DNA of 64,000 bases from Candidatus Bathyarchaeota archaeon (GTDB taxonomy: Archaea > Thermoproteota > Bathyarchaeia > Bathyarchaeales > Bathycorpusculaceae). The translations under genes were made by a program, and so were the position numbers. Position 1 is the first letter of the stretch. Each line of letters opens with the position of its first letter. Under the pieces are notes generated by a model. It was not told the origin of the DNA, made no database searches, and saw only the letters and a list, made by a program, of their open reading frames with translations. The stretch lies in contig JADGNF010000023.1 in assembly GCA_017883615.1 (NCBI GenBank), positions 1,664 through 65,663 of the forward strand, written 5' to 3'. Shown here piece by piece: positions 8,482-17,014 of the stretch.

Positions 8482-9707
8482 TTTGTACGTTTTCCTTTCG
8501 CCTCCGTCTTAATAGCTACAGTGCTCTGGGGCATTGCAGCAATCTTTTGGTAGAAAGATTCGAACTTGGGTTTGAATTCGCCTTGACATCTAGGGGATAG
8601 CTCGACGTATTCGAAGCGGTCGCTCAGGCCCATTTTTTGGAGCACATCTCGCAACACTGCCAGTTGGCGTTCTGCGACGTCTCGGCCTTCTTGGAGTTTG
8701 CAGTCTGTTGCGGAGCAAACTACGCCCATGACGCCATCAAATCCCGCTCGGAACGCATTCATGACGTGTACGGGGTCCATTGATTTGAAGCAGGGAACTT
8801 CGAGGACCATAGCGTTTTTGCCTTTGAGCACGCTGTCAGGGTCATCTAAGCCTGCGTACTCGGACCATTGGCAGCTAAAAACCACCACGGCTGGAACCTT
8901 CTTTGCCGCCTTGAGTTTAGTGACTGCGTTTGCGTATTTTTCCATGACGTTGTTGAATTCGAAACCTTTCACTTGGATTGCGTCGTGAGGACAAACCAAC
9001 TGGCAGGCGCCACAGCCGGTGCATTTCTCCATGTCTATTTTGGGGTTTGCGAAAGACTGCGCGGTTATGGCTTTGTAGGGGCAGATGAAAACGCATTTGT
9101 CGCAGCCAACGCATTCTTCGGTGACGTGTACTGCTTTGCGGCTGTACTTTACGACTTTGACGGCGTCTTTGCTGTATCCAAGTTGTTCGAGAACTGCTTG
9201 ACCGAGCATAAGGCGTCGGGTTTCAATCTTTGTGCCTTCCTTCATACGGCAGAACGCGTCTTCGCATTGGACCGAGACTATGTTTTTGATGCCGCCTTGG
9301 AGGACGTTGAAAACGAAGTCTGTTGGAATCCTTCCCGCGCATGGAACACGCAACGGGATATAATTCTTCACGTTTAGACCTTGCTCCTTGAAGATGTCAG
9401 CCATTTCGCCGTCTGTGGGCGAGTTGCCTCGGCACATCATGACAAGGGTGTCGGCTTTCACGGTTTTCTTTTCACAGTTAACGTAGTCTATTAGGTGATT
9501 GTAGTCGTAGTAGGCCATCTCTATGGCGGTGACGGGACAGGCGCTGTAGCATATTCCGCAAACCTGACATTTCTGGTTGTCTATTTCGACTTTGCAGGTT
9601 TCCGCGTCACGGGTTATGGCTTCAAACGGGCACATAGAATAGCAGACTTGACATCGACTACACAGGTCTTGGTTAATTTTTACGGCAGCGAGACACATTT
9701 CACTCAT
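8478..9707 (-). CDS. Fe-S protein: tandem [2x(4Fe-4S) ferredoxin + MvhD/FlpD-like domain] x2 fusion
   Basis: 409 aa with four CxxCxxCxxxCP motifs: CSRCQVCYSMCP, CQVCGICYSACP, CVGCDKCVFICP and CTGCGACQLVCP. Each ferredoxin pair is followed by an MvhD-like block. Block 1: LVMMCRGNS...RVPCAGRI...VSVQCEDAFCRMKEG. Block 2: VVFSCQWSEY...EVPCFKSMD...VVCSATDCKLQEG. Confidence 0.75.
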   Translation of the reverse strand: MSEMCLAAVKINQDLCSRCQVCYSMCPFEAITRDAETCKVEIDNQKCQVCGICYSACPVTAIEMAYYDYNHLIDYVNCEKKTVKADTLVMMCRGNSPTDGEMADIFKEQGLNVKNYIPLRVPCAGRIPTDFVFNVLQGGIKNIVSVQCEDAFCRMKEGTKIETRRLMLGQAVLEQLGYSKDAVKVVKYSRKAVHVTEECVGCDKCVFICPYKAITAQSFANPKIDMEKCTGCGACQLVCPHDAIQVKGFEFNNVMEKYANAVTKLKAAKKVPAVVVFSCQWSEYAGLDDPDSVLKGKNAMVLEVPCFKSMDPVHVMNAFRAGFDGVMGVVCSATDCKLQEGRDVAERQLAVLRDVLQKMGLSDRFEYVELSPRCQGEFKPKFESFYQKIAAMPQSTVAIKTEAKGKRTK

Positions 9708-10061
9708 TTCAGTGACCTCAAGTTATGGTTCCCAGTGCTTTTTACACCGTAAGCATGTTAACCTATGCTTATGAAACGATGAAGAGGGGTTTTGGATGAT
9801 ATAACGTTTACTGTTAGGATTCTTGAAATCGCTATATCGCACGGTTCGAGGTAGTTTTGATTAGCTGTTACTTTTTGTTTGCAGTAGTAAAAATTAAAAG
9901 GTTGTCATATGCAAGAACTTCCAAAGGCTTACATTTTGGTCTTTTATTTTGTTGCCGGGATTATGACTCCAAAAGGTCCTTTTTTCGAAATTAGAAAGTC
10001 TTAAGTTTGAATCAAGTCTATCAGCTAATGATTCAGCAATAATGCTTGATACAAAAAAGGT

Positions 10062-10697
10062 ATGCCTATGGAATTAAGCGCTGACGCACAAAAAGTTCTC
10101 CTCAGAATCTACATAGGTCAGAATATTAGAGATGAGGGAATTCTCCAATCTGAAGTCAAAAACAAGGAGACAGAGGAACTTCTAGCGCGAGGAATCATTG
10201 AGCAAAACCATTGGCATTTACCGGAATTCAAGACTACCAATTATGGAACTGCTGTCGCAAGCGAAATCGTCAATGCAAAGATTGACCAAAATAGAACCGC
10301 CTTAAGCGAAAAATTAAGGCTAATTCCAGAAAAAGTTATTGGGTTTTTTAATAGGAGATACCTATCTAAGAAGCTAAATTTCTCTACCGAAAGAGGTAGA
10401 AACGAAACATTCTTTTACTCTGATTCCTGGGCCGACGCAATACTTTTCGACAGTCGAATTTGGTTCCTATGGAACGCGTTCTTTGAAACGCTAATTCCAT
10501 TTGAACTGTGCACAAAAACACATTACTACGTGTCTACAAAGGGCGGGGCGATCAGAGATTATCGTTTTGTAATTTGCCCTGAAGTGCGGGATTTTGCAAT
10601 TCGTAACTTTGACGCTGTGGATTTTACAACGGTTGAGGAAAATACGCTTTCACTCTACCCATTTCTGCGATTAGCAAAAAGTATTGTCTCCATTTGA
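10062..10697 (+). CDS. hypothetical protein, first gene of the TIR island
   Basis: 211 aa in the AT-richer island. No motif recognised; the N-terminal ~50 aa may be helical or wHTH-like. Its 3' end overlaps the TIR gene by 14 nt. Confidence 0.5.
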   Translation: MPMELSADAQKVLLRIYIGQNIRDEGILQSEVKNKETEELLARGIIEQNHWHLPEFKTTNYGTAVASEIVNAKIDQNRTALSEKLRLIPEKVIGFFNRRYLSKKLNFSTERGRNETFFYSDSWADAILFDSRIWFLWNAFFETLIPFELCTKTHYYVSTKGGAIRDYRFVICPEVRDFAIRNFDAVDFTTVEENTLSLYPFLRLAKSIVSI

Positions 10698-11940
10698 CGA
10701 TGTGGAACAAATTCGAGAACGATTCTATAGTTTGTACAAATCATCAAGATTAAGCGAAGGGCAGGTTGCTGCAATAATTGGTGAAATGAGTAAGAGGAGA
10801 ATCACCTCCGAATTCCAAGGTTTTCTATCAGAATGTAAGCCGTTTACAATTCTGAACCCAACAATGTATGATATTTACTTGGAAAAGGAAATTATTGATG
10901 CGGCAACTACCAACCTTTTAAAAGGAATCGGCACAATTAAAAATTACGAATCGGAATATATCTCATCCAGTTCCAGCGGAGAAAGAGCCAAACATGAATC
11001 TGTAACGCCCAAGTTCCAAGTTTTCATTTGCTACAGAAGAGATACTGGGGAAGATTTTGCAGAACACCTGAAAATTGGTTTGGAAAAGTTCGGCATACGT
11101 GCGTTTCTTGATATCAAAGACATCCCAGAGAAATTTAAAGGAACAGAAAAATGGGTGGATATTCGAGATAATGCCATCCGTGAAAGTCAAACGTTCCTGC
11201 TTATTGTGACTCCCGGTTTTTGCGAATCATCTGAAGTCAAGAAAGAATTGAACGCAGGAGTTTCAATTGATAAGTACATAGTATGTTTCAGGCACAAAGA
11301 CATGCACTCGAATCTGAGAATCGATTTAAAAAACAAAGAAATTGACTTGAGTAAACTGCAACAGATAGTTTTTGATACAAAACAAGATCTACTTCGCAAA
11401 GCCCACAGAATTTTGGTGGAAGAAAAAAACAACTCACCACCTGCTGAAACTGTAAACGAAAATACGGCGTTAAATAATTCATGGGGAATAGTCACAAATA
11501 ATGAAAAACAATCGGACTTATTTTTGACAAAAAATTGGAATCCCTTGCCAGTGGTCAAGTTCAACATATCTCAAAATCTAGCCGATGTTTTTCAATTCCC
11601 GCAGGTAGGGTGGGAAGCGTATAATTACAGTCCATACCAGCTTAAGATCAGGATAAATGTTCGCCCAAAACTCGGGGACAAAAAGCTGTATCCCCTTGCT
11701 GATGATGACATAAATGGAACTAAATCTTACGCAGCCGAACCTAATAGTCCAGTTTGGAAGAACGGTTGTTTTTCATTACCCACAGAGTCTGTGCAAAGCA
11801 AAGCAGACCTTATTCTAGAAATACAATCCACGGTATTTGATGTTAACGAGCCAGAAAAAGGAGAATACAATATGCTGCCCAGCATTTGGAAATACAACCG
11901 AAAAGATAACACATGGGATTATTACCCTCAGGGGTTTTAA
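10684..11940 (+). CDS. TIR-domain protein with unknown N- and C-terminal domains
   Basis: 418 aa. The central block FQVFICYRRDTGEDFAEHLKIGLEKFGIRAFLDIKDI...TFLLIVTPGFCESSEVKKELNAG...YIVCF follows the prokaryotic TIR pattern (vFISYrr-D, G-i-vFlD, vvvllSp-y--S-wc--EL). The TTG start at 10684 is uncertain; GTG 10702 or a later ATG are possible. Confidence 0.8.
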   Translation: MSPFDDVEQIRERFYSLYKSSRLSEGQVAAIIGEMSKRRITSEFQGFLSECKPFTILNPTMYDIYLEKEIIDAATTNLLKGIGTIKNYESEYISSSSSGERAKHESVTPKFQVFICYRRDTGEDFAEHLKIGLEKFGIRAFLDIKDIPEKFKGTEKWVDIRDNAIRESQTFLLIVTPGFCESSEVKKELNAGVSIDKYIVCFRHKDMHSNLRIDLKNKEIDLSKLQQIVFDTKQDLLRKAHRILVEEKNNSPPAETVNENTALNNSWGIVTNNEKQSDLFLTKNWNPLPVVKFNISQNLADVFQFPQVGWEAYNYSPYQLKIRINVRPKLGDKKLYPLADDDINGTKSYAAEPNSPVWKNGCFSLPTESVQSKADLILEIQSTVFDVNEPEKGEYNMLPSIWKYNRKDNTWDYYPQGF

Positions 11941-12071
11941 CGAATTGAAAAGATAACAGAAAAAAGAAAGCGATAGAAAAAACGTACAGAAGATTTGCCA
12001 GTCCAAAAATTATGAAAAAGCGCCGCTCACAATTGGAGAAAATCCATCTGTAAAATGACAACCCTTTCGCG

Positions 12072-13013
12072 CTATTTTCTGTAGTAGGGTCGTTTTATGT
12101 ATGCGTAGGCTTCCAGCGCCGCCGTGATGCCTTGTCCCACAGCTGTACCTATCTGTCTCACTGGATAATTCGTTACATCACCCGCAGCAAAGACGCCAGG
12201 AATATTCGTATGTTGGCGTATGTCGATTTTTATGCACCCGCCATCCTCAACCTCCACCCCGGACTCTTTAGCAACTTGGCTGTTTGGGGATTCCCCGATC
12301 TGTACAAAGACGCCATCAATGGCCAATTCTTGGATTGCGCCCGTTTGATAATCAGACACCACCGCAGTTGTGACGACTTTATCGCCCTTGATCTCTTTCA
12401 CTTCGGTGTTCCACATAACCTTCACGTTACCTTTAGACTCCAAATCCTTCACAAGGGCATTTTCAGCCCGGAAAGCATCTCTCCTGTGGACAACAAAGAC
12501 CGCCGCGGCTAAGCCTGAAAGGTATAGGGTAGTTATGCATGCTGAGTTACCGCCGCCAATCACGAGCACGCGTTTGCCCTTGAAAAAGGGACCGTCGCAA
12601 ACGCCGCAATAACTTACGCCTCTTCCCCGAAATTCTTTTTCGCCTTTCACTTCCGCTTCTCTGTAATGCGCACCCGACGCGATTATGATTGCGGGGGCTT
12701 CGTATTCTGCGCGACTGGTTTTCACGATTTTCTTTTCGCCTTTAAGGTCTAAGCTTACAACGGTTTCCAACTCGTGGATGGTGGCGCCAGTTTTTTTGGC
12801 ATGTGAAACCTTTTTGTCTGCCAACTCCGCGCCCGTCACGAAAGGAAAGCCAGGGTAGTTTTCCACGATGGGGGCGTCTGCTGTTGTTCCTCCCGCCAGT
12901 TTCTCGTCCAAAATTAGGGTTTTGAGTCCGCTTCGGGAACCATAAATTCCGGCGGCTAAACCTGCCGCTCCTGCTCCAATGATTATTAGATCCCAGGTTT
13001 CCATGTGAACCAC
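12072..13013 (-). CDS. trxB: thioredoxin-disulfide reductase
   Basis: 313 aa. Contains DLIIIGAGAAGLAAG (FAD GxGxxG), the redox-active CGVCDG, VLVIGGGNSA (NADPH site) and C-terminal GVFAAGDV. TAG stop. Confidence 0.9.
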   Translation of the reverse strand: MVHMETWDLIIIGAGAAGLAAGIYGSRSGLKTLILDEKLAGGTTADAPIVENYPGFPFVTGAELADKKVSHAKKTGATIHELETVVSLDLKGEKKIVKTSRAEYEAPAIIIASGAHYREAEVKGEKEFRGRGVSYCGVCDGPFFKGKRVLVIGGGNSACITTLYLSGLAAAVFVVHRRDAFRAENALVKDLESKGNVKVMWNTEVKEIKGDKVVTTAVVSDYQTGAIQELAIDGVFVQIGESPNSQVAKESGVEVEDGGCIKIDIRQHTNIPGVFAAGDVTNYPVRQIGTAVGQGITAALEAYAYIKRPYYRK

Positions 13014-13078
13014 ACGTTTGATACTCTAATTTGATTTGGCGCGGTTTATGAATCATTCGGAGCCTAAAAGACAGGGAA

Positions 13079-13666
13079 TCAGAGTATGCTTATTCCGAGC
13101 ACCGCGCCAACTATCGATATGGCGCCGAGGATGATGAATAGAGCTGAAGTGCCTGTGTTTATCCACTTCATTGGCAGTCGGCACAGCACTTTGCACCCTA
13201 TTGTCACCCCTATGCCAGTTAGCACCGCAAACGCTGCCATCATCCCCACCAACACCAAAATTGGGTTCGCCTCAGCCGCCAACGTGATAGCGACAATCTG
13301 TGTTTTGTCCCCTAACTCCATAAGCGAAACCAGCGAAAAACAGGAGAAAACGAAAAACTTTCCCCCTTTCTTCAAGTGATGGGTGCTTTCTTTTGCTTTA
13401 TGCAGCCAAGGCAAAACGCCAAAAAAAATGAAAACCGCACCCGCTATCACCTGAATTGCAGTTATGGGAAGAAACGCCAGCAGGGAACCGCCGATGACTA
13501 GGCTAACGCCGTCCACGACTAGAAAAGCCAAAATCGCACCTGCAAAAACCTCCCGCGCCCTATGATTAGAAGCCAGCGAAATTACAGTAAGCTGAGTTTT
13601 GTCGCCAAGTTCCGCGACGAAAATGAGCAGAAACGTTGTGAGCAGGGGAACAAAGTCCATGCACAA
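13079..13666 (-). CDS. GDT1/TMEM165 (UPF0016) family cation transporter
   Basis: 195 aa, multi-pass membrane protein. It has the duplicated E-x-G-D-K-T signature of the family: AELGDKTQL and MELGDKTQI. Confidence 0.85.
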   Translation of the reverse strand: MCMDFVPLLTTFLLIFVAELGDKTQLTVISLASNHRAREVFAGAILAFLVVDGVSLVIGGSLLAFLPITAIQVIAGAVFIFFGVLPWLHKAKESTHHLKKGGKFFVFSCFSLVSLMELGDKTQIVAITLAAEANPILVLVGMMAAFAVLTGIGVTIGCKVLCRLPMKWINTGTSALFIILGAISIVGAVLGISIL

Positions 13667-13716
13667 AGATTCAGTGTTCAGCTATAAAGCATATACCCTG
13701 AAACGAGCATTTATTG

Positions 13717-14664
13717 TTAGGGAATTACGGTTTTGGTCGAAGGCAACGTTGTCCATTGGAAATGGGTTTTGCCAAAGCCGAAATCAAAAAGTGCTGCAGC
13801 ATTCACCAAAGACTCCGCGACAAGAAAAGTTAATAACGTAAATGGGTCGCACTTCGTGGAAAGCCACAGAACAAGCTTTGCCGTTCGAACTGGCTGTGAA
13901 GGCAACATCTGCATGAGGTACTGCGGCGATTCACCCGTCATTTTCTTAATTTGAAAATGGCCAAAGACTACCCGTCGCCTCTGCTGGAAATACTCTTTGA
14001 ATGTTTTAGGGCCGCAAATTGAAATTTGCGCGTCGGGACAGAACTTTATGAGCCAGCCCTTCTTTTTCACATTTACTGCAATGTAGGCGTCATCGTTCAC
14101 CGTTTCAGAAGGCATTTGCTCCACAAGTTCCCTGCGCACAACGAACGCCTCACTTGCGTGCTTCGCAAGCCCGGCATCATTTAGTTCTTCAAAAACGTGA
14201 CCATGAAAACGCCACAAAACTTGAACAATCCGTCCCACCATAGATTTTGAAGTGTTTATTGGCGTTGGGTTACCACACACAAGTCCAGTATTAGTCTGCC
14301 AGAGTTTGGCGAGCATCTTTGCGAAGCCTCCTTTGGAGGGTAGAGTATCCGCGGATATGAATACGATAGCGTCGCCGACTGCATGTGCTGAGATGTAGTT
14401 TATTGCGGAAGCTTTGCCTTTTCGTTCTTTCTCATAATAAGGTTTAACGCGGGCGTCCAGAGCCGCATACTTGTTTACTATATCTGCAGTATTATCTGTA
14501 CAACCTGAGCAAACAACTATGACCTCCGAATCTAGGCAAAGGGACTGCTGTTTTAGGACATTTTGTAATAGTTTCCCTATGTTTTTGCCTTCGTTATACG
14601 CACAAATACCCACTGTAACTTTGCAGGACAAAAACAGCACAACTATAAGGTCTCTAGCCACCAT
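13717..14664 (-). CDS. family 2 glycosyltransferase
   Basis: 315 aa. Contains VTVGICAYNEGKNIG...VIVVCSGCTDNT and ISADT (a DxD-like motif), typical of the GT-A/GT2 fold. C-terminal hydrophobic segments. Confidence 0.75.
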   Translation of the reverse strand: MVARDLIVVLFLSCKVTVGICAYNEGKNIGKLLQNVLKQQSLCLDSEVIVVCSGCTDNTADIVNKYAALDARVKPYYEKERKGKASAINYISAHAVGDAIVFISADTLPSKGGFAKMLAKLWQTNTGLVCGNPTPINTSKSMVGRIVQVLWRFHGHVFEELNDAGLAKHASEAFVVRRELVEQMPSETVNDDAYIAVNVKKKGWLIKFCPDAQISICGPKTFKEYFQQRRRVVFGHFQIKKMTGESPQYLMQMLPSQPVRTAKLVLWLSTKCDPFTLLTFLVAESLVNAAALFDFGFGKTHFQWTTLPSTKTVIP

Positions 14665-14721
14665 AAAAACATTTATGCCTTGAAAGCGCTGAGTATTTAG
14701 CCAACAAAAAAGAGCTCAGTT

Positions 14722-16050
14722 ATGAATTGGAGTCGAAACCCACACTTGATTCACCCGTTAAAGGACAACAGAATTCTTCTTGTCCTGCTCATTGTTGGAC
14801 TTCTTGCAGTGGAAGTTTTTTTGGCTATGTGGACTGGCGAGCAGTACGACATGAACATCTGGTATGAAACCGGAGCATGGATGAATCACGGAATCAACAT
14901 ATACCTGCCCGCTAACCACATCGGCTATCCGCCTTTATGGGCTCTCTGGTGCATGTTCGCTTACGGGATCAACGGATATTTCGGAAACAACGTTGAGATT
15001 TGGCGGCTCACAATTAAACTGCCCATGATTGTGGCGCAATTTGCGCTATCGTTCGTCGTTTGGAAGTTCGCACAGAAACGGTTCAACCCAAAAACAGCTT
15101 TGAAAGTTTTCTTATTCACGTTAACCAGCACCTTTGTCATTTACATAAGCGTACTCTGGGGACAAATCAACATACTTAGTGCGTTGTTAACCTTTCTGGC
15201 GTTCTACGCCGTTGTAAGCAAACGATTTACCGTTGGCGGCCTGCTTTTGGGTCTAGCAGTCGCATTAAAGATTTACCCGCTAATTGCGTTACCAGCGTTT
15301 CTGATCTACATTCAAAAGAACCGGAACTGGAAAGAAGCAGGCAAATTCACGCTCTACACCTGTGCCGTGCCAATTGTGTTTACGCTTTCTGTTTTTGCGG
15401 CTTACGGATGGGACATCATATACTTCCTCAAGACCATCTTTTACTGGGCACCCATCTACGACGTAAATCCCACGCAACTTCAAGGAGGATGCATGAACAT
15501 ATGGAGCTTCGCAGGATTGCTGGGTGTGGACATATCGAAAATTGCGATTCTGCGGTTCCTCTGGATTCCAGTTTTGGCAGCGGCGACCGTTTACTGGTTC
15601 CGCAAGCGTAACATGACGGAGACAGAACTGGGTTTATCCCTTATTTCTTTCTACCTGCTTTTCATGGTTACCTACAGCTGGGTAACAGAACAAACCTTCC
15701 TTGACCCGATGCCTTTTATTTTGCTGCAGATACTTGCCTATCGACCCAAACGGGTTTACCTTTACGCATTGGCGGGCATCCAAACTTTGATCTACGCATT
15801 TTCCGTGTTCAACGGAGGACCCCTCATTCTTGAACCCCTTTTTGCAAGGTTCTATCCTGTGCTCATAGGCCCAGCTCAAAATTTGAGCACAGTCAACAGC
15901 GCTATATCATGGCAAATAAGGGGAAATCTTGGCTTAGCTATTAGCGTATCATTAGTGCTGTTTCTGTTGTTCCTTGTAGAACCTGAGCTTGTGACGAAAA
16001 GCAAAGAGAAACTTTCTAAGTTTCGAGCGCAGGTTTTCCCAAAAACCTAA
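14722..16050 (+). CDS. polytopic membrane protein, putative GT-C-type glycosyltransferase
   Basis: 442 aa with more than 10 predicted TM helices. An early loop with acidic and aromatic residues ([21 protein letters not shown]) is reminiscent of GT-C enzymes. Lies in a glycosylation gene neighbourhood. Confidence 0.5.
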   Translation: MNWSRNPHLIHPLKDNRILLVLLIVGLLAVEVFLAMWTGEQYDMNIWYETGAWMNHGINIYLPANHIGYPPLWALWCMFAYGINGYFGNNVEIWRLTIKLPMIVAQFALSFVVWKFAQKRFNPKTALKVFLFTLTSTFVIYISVLWGQINILSALLTFLAFYAVVSKRFTVGGLLLGLAVALKIYPLIALPAFLIYIQKNRNWKEAGKFTLYTCAVPIVFTLSVFAAYGWDIIYFLKTIFYWAPIYDVNPTQLQGGCMNIWSFAGLLGVDISKIAILRFLWIPVLAAATVYWFRKRNMTETELGLSLISFYLLFMVTYSWVTEQTFLDPMPFILLQILAYRPKRVYLYALAGIQTLIYAFSVFNGGPLILEPLFARFYPVLIGPAQNLSTVNSAISWQIRGNLGLAISVSLVLFLLFLVEPELVTKSKEKLSKFRAQVFPKT

Positions 16051-16925
16051 ACGTTTGACTTTCGACTTACGCTTATCATATAATCGAAGTGTGTAGTTTT
16101 TGGGTTAAGTGCATATGTCATTCCTGCCCAACAAAATCGGTCTTTAACCAGTTCCCAGCCTCGAACCAAGCTTGCGTCTTTAACGTTCTCAAGTGAAAAG
16201 GAGAAACCCGATTCGGTATCAGAAAAGGTTCCTTTTGCTGCTGTGATTTGAGTCCATGCGCCGATTTGTCTGTTTCGGAGGTGATTTCCATCGGAATCAC
16301 GGTATGTTCGGAAGTGTCTTGCGCCTTGCTCGTTTAGCATTAAAATCTCCTGGCACAGATCCCTATTCAAGCCATAGAGGTCTACGTGAATTCGGATTTG
16401 ATTTGGAAAACAATTGTAGGTAACTACAATACTACCTCTGGATTGCACTTTGACGAATTGAGTTTGCACACCCAACGTTTTCCGCAGCTCCATCATCCAG
16501 TCGAAAACTGGGCGCATGCCCTGACGATTAAGGTAAGAACGCTCAAAAACATCATGGGCTATAGAGTAGAAACCTTCGTTAACGTTCACTCCTCGAACTT
16601 GCTTCTTGGAGATGGCGTCTAAGAAGAAGATCTTTTTGAGAACCAAATTTTCCTCAGTAAACCGTTGGAGGTAAACTTGTGCATTCATGGAGAAGTATGT
16701 TTTGTCTTTGTATTTTGCGATAGGAACTCCAAAACCTGCTCCTTCCTCAATTAATTCGGTTGAGCCATTCATTAAGATCAAGCCTTTCTGCAACTGTGCA
16801 ATCTCCAGATTTCTGGGTCGACAATCAGGATACAGCCTAAGCGACATCGCTTTGTCCAAACTGAAAGTGAAAGGGTAGGCAAGGTTTTCGCTAAAGAGTT
16901 TTTGCCGTGGAAATTGTTCTTCCAA
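16047..16925 (-). CDS. hypothetical soluble protein in the glycosylation cluster
   Basis: 292-aa uninterrupted ORF with no TM helix and no recognised motif. TAG stop. Its end overlaps the convergent gene by 4 nt. Confidence 0.5.
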   Translation of the reverse strand: MEEQFPRQKLFSENLAYPFTFSLDKAMSLRLYPDCRPRNLEIAQLQKGLILMNGSTELIEEGAGFGVPIAKYKDKTYFSMNAQVYLQRFTEENLVLKKIFFLDAISKKQVRGVNVNEGFYSIAHDVFERSYLNRQGMRPVFDWMMELRKTLGVQTQFVKVQSRGSIVVTYNCFPNQIRIHVDLYGLNRDLCQEILMLNEQGARHFRTYRDSDGNHLRNRQIGAWTQITAAKGTFSDTESGFSFSLENVKDASLVRGWELVKDRFCWAGMTYALNPKTTHFDYMISVSRKSNV

Positions 16926-17014
16926 CGAGATTGTTTGTGGCTCTAACGTTTAGGGGTCACTTCCGAAGAGAAAAAGCTGTTTTGTTGTGTTTGCGAAAAG
17001 AACATGAATTCTAG

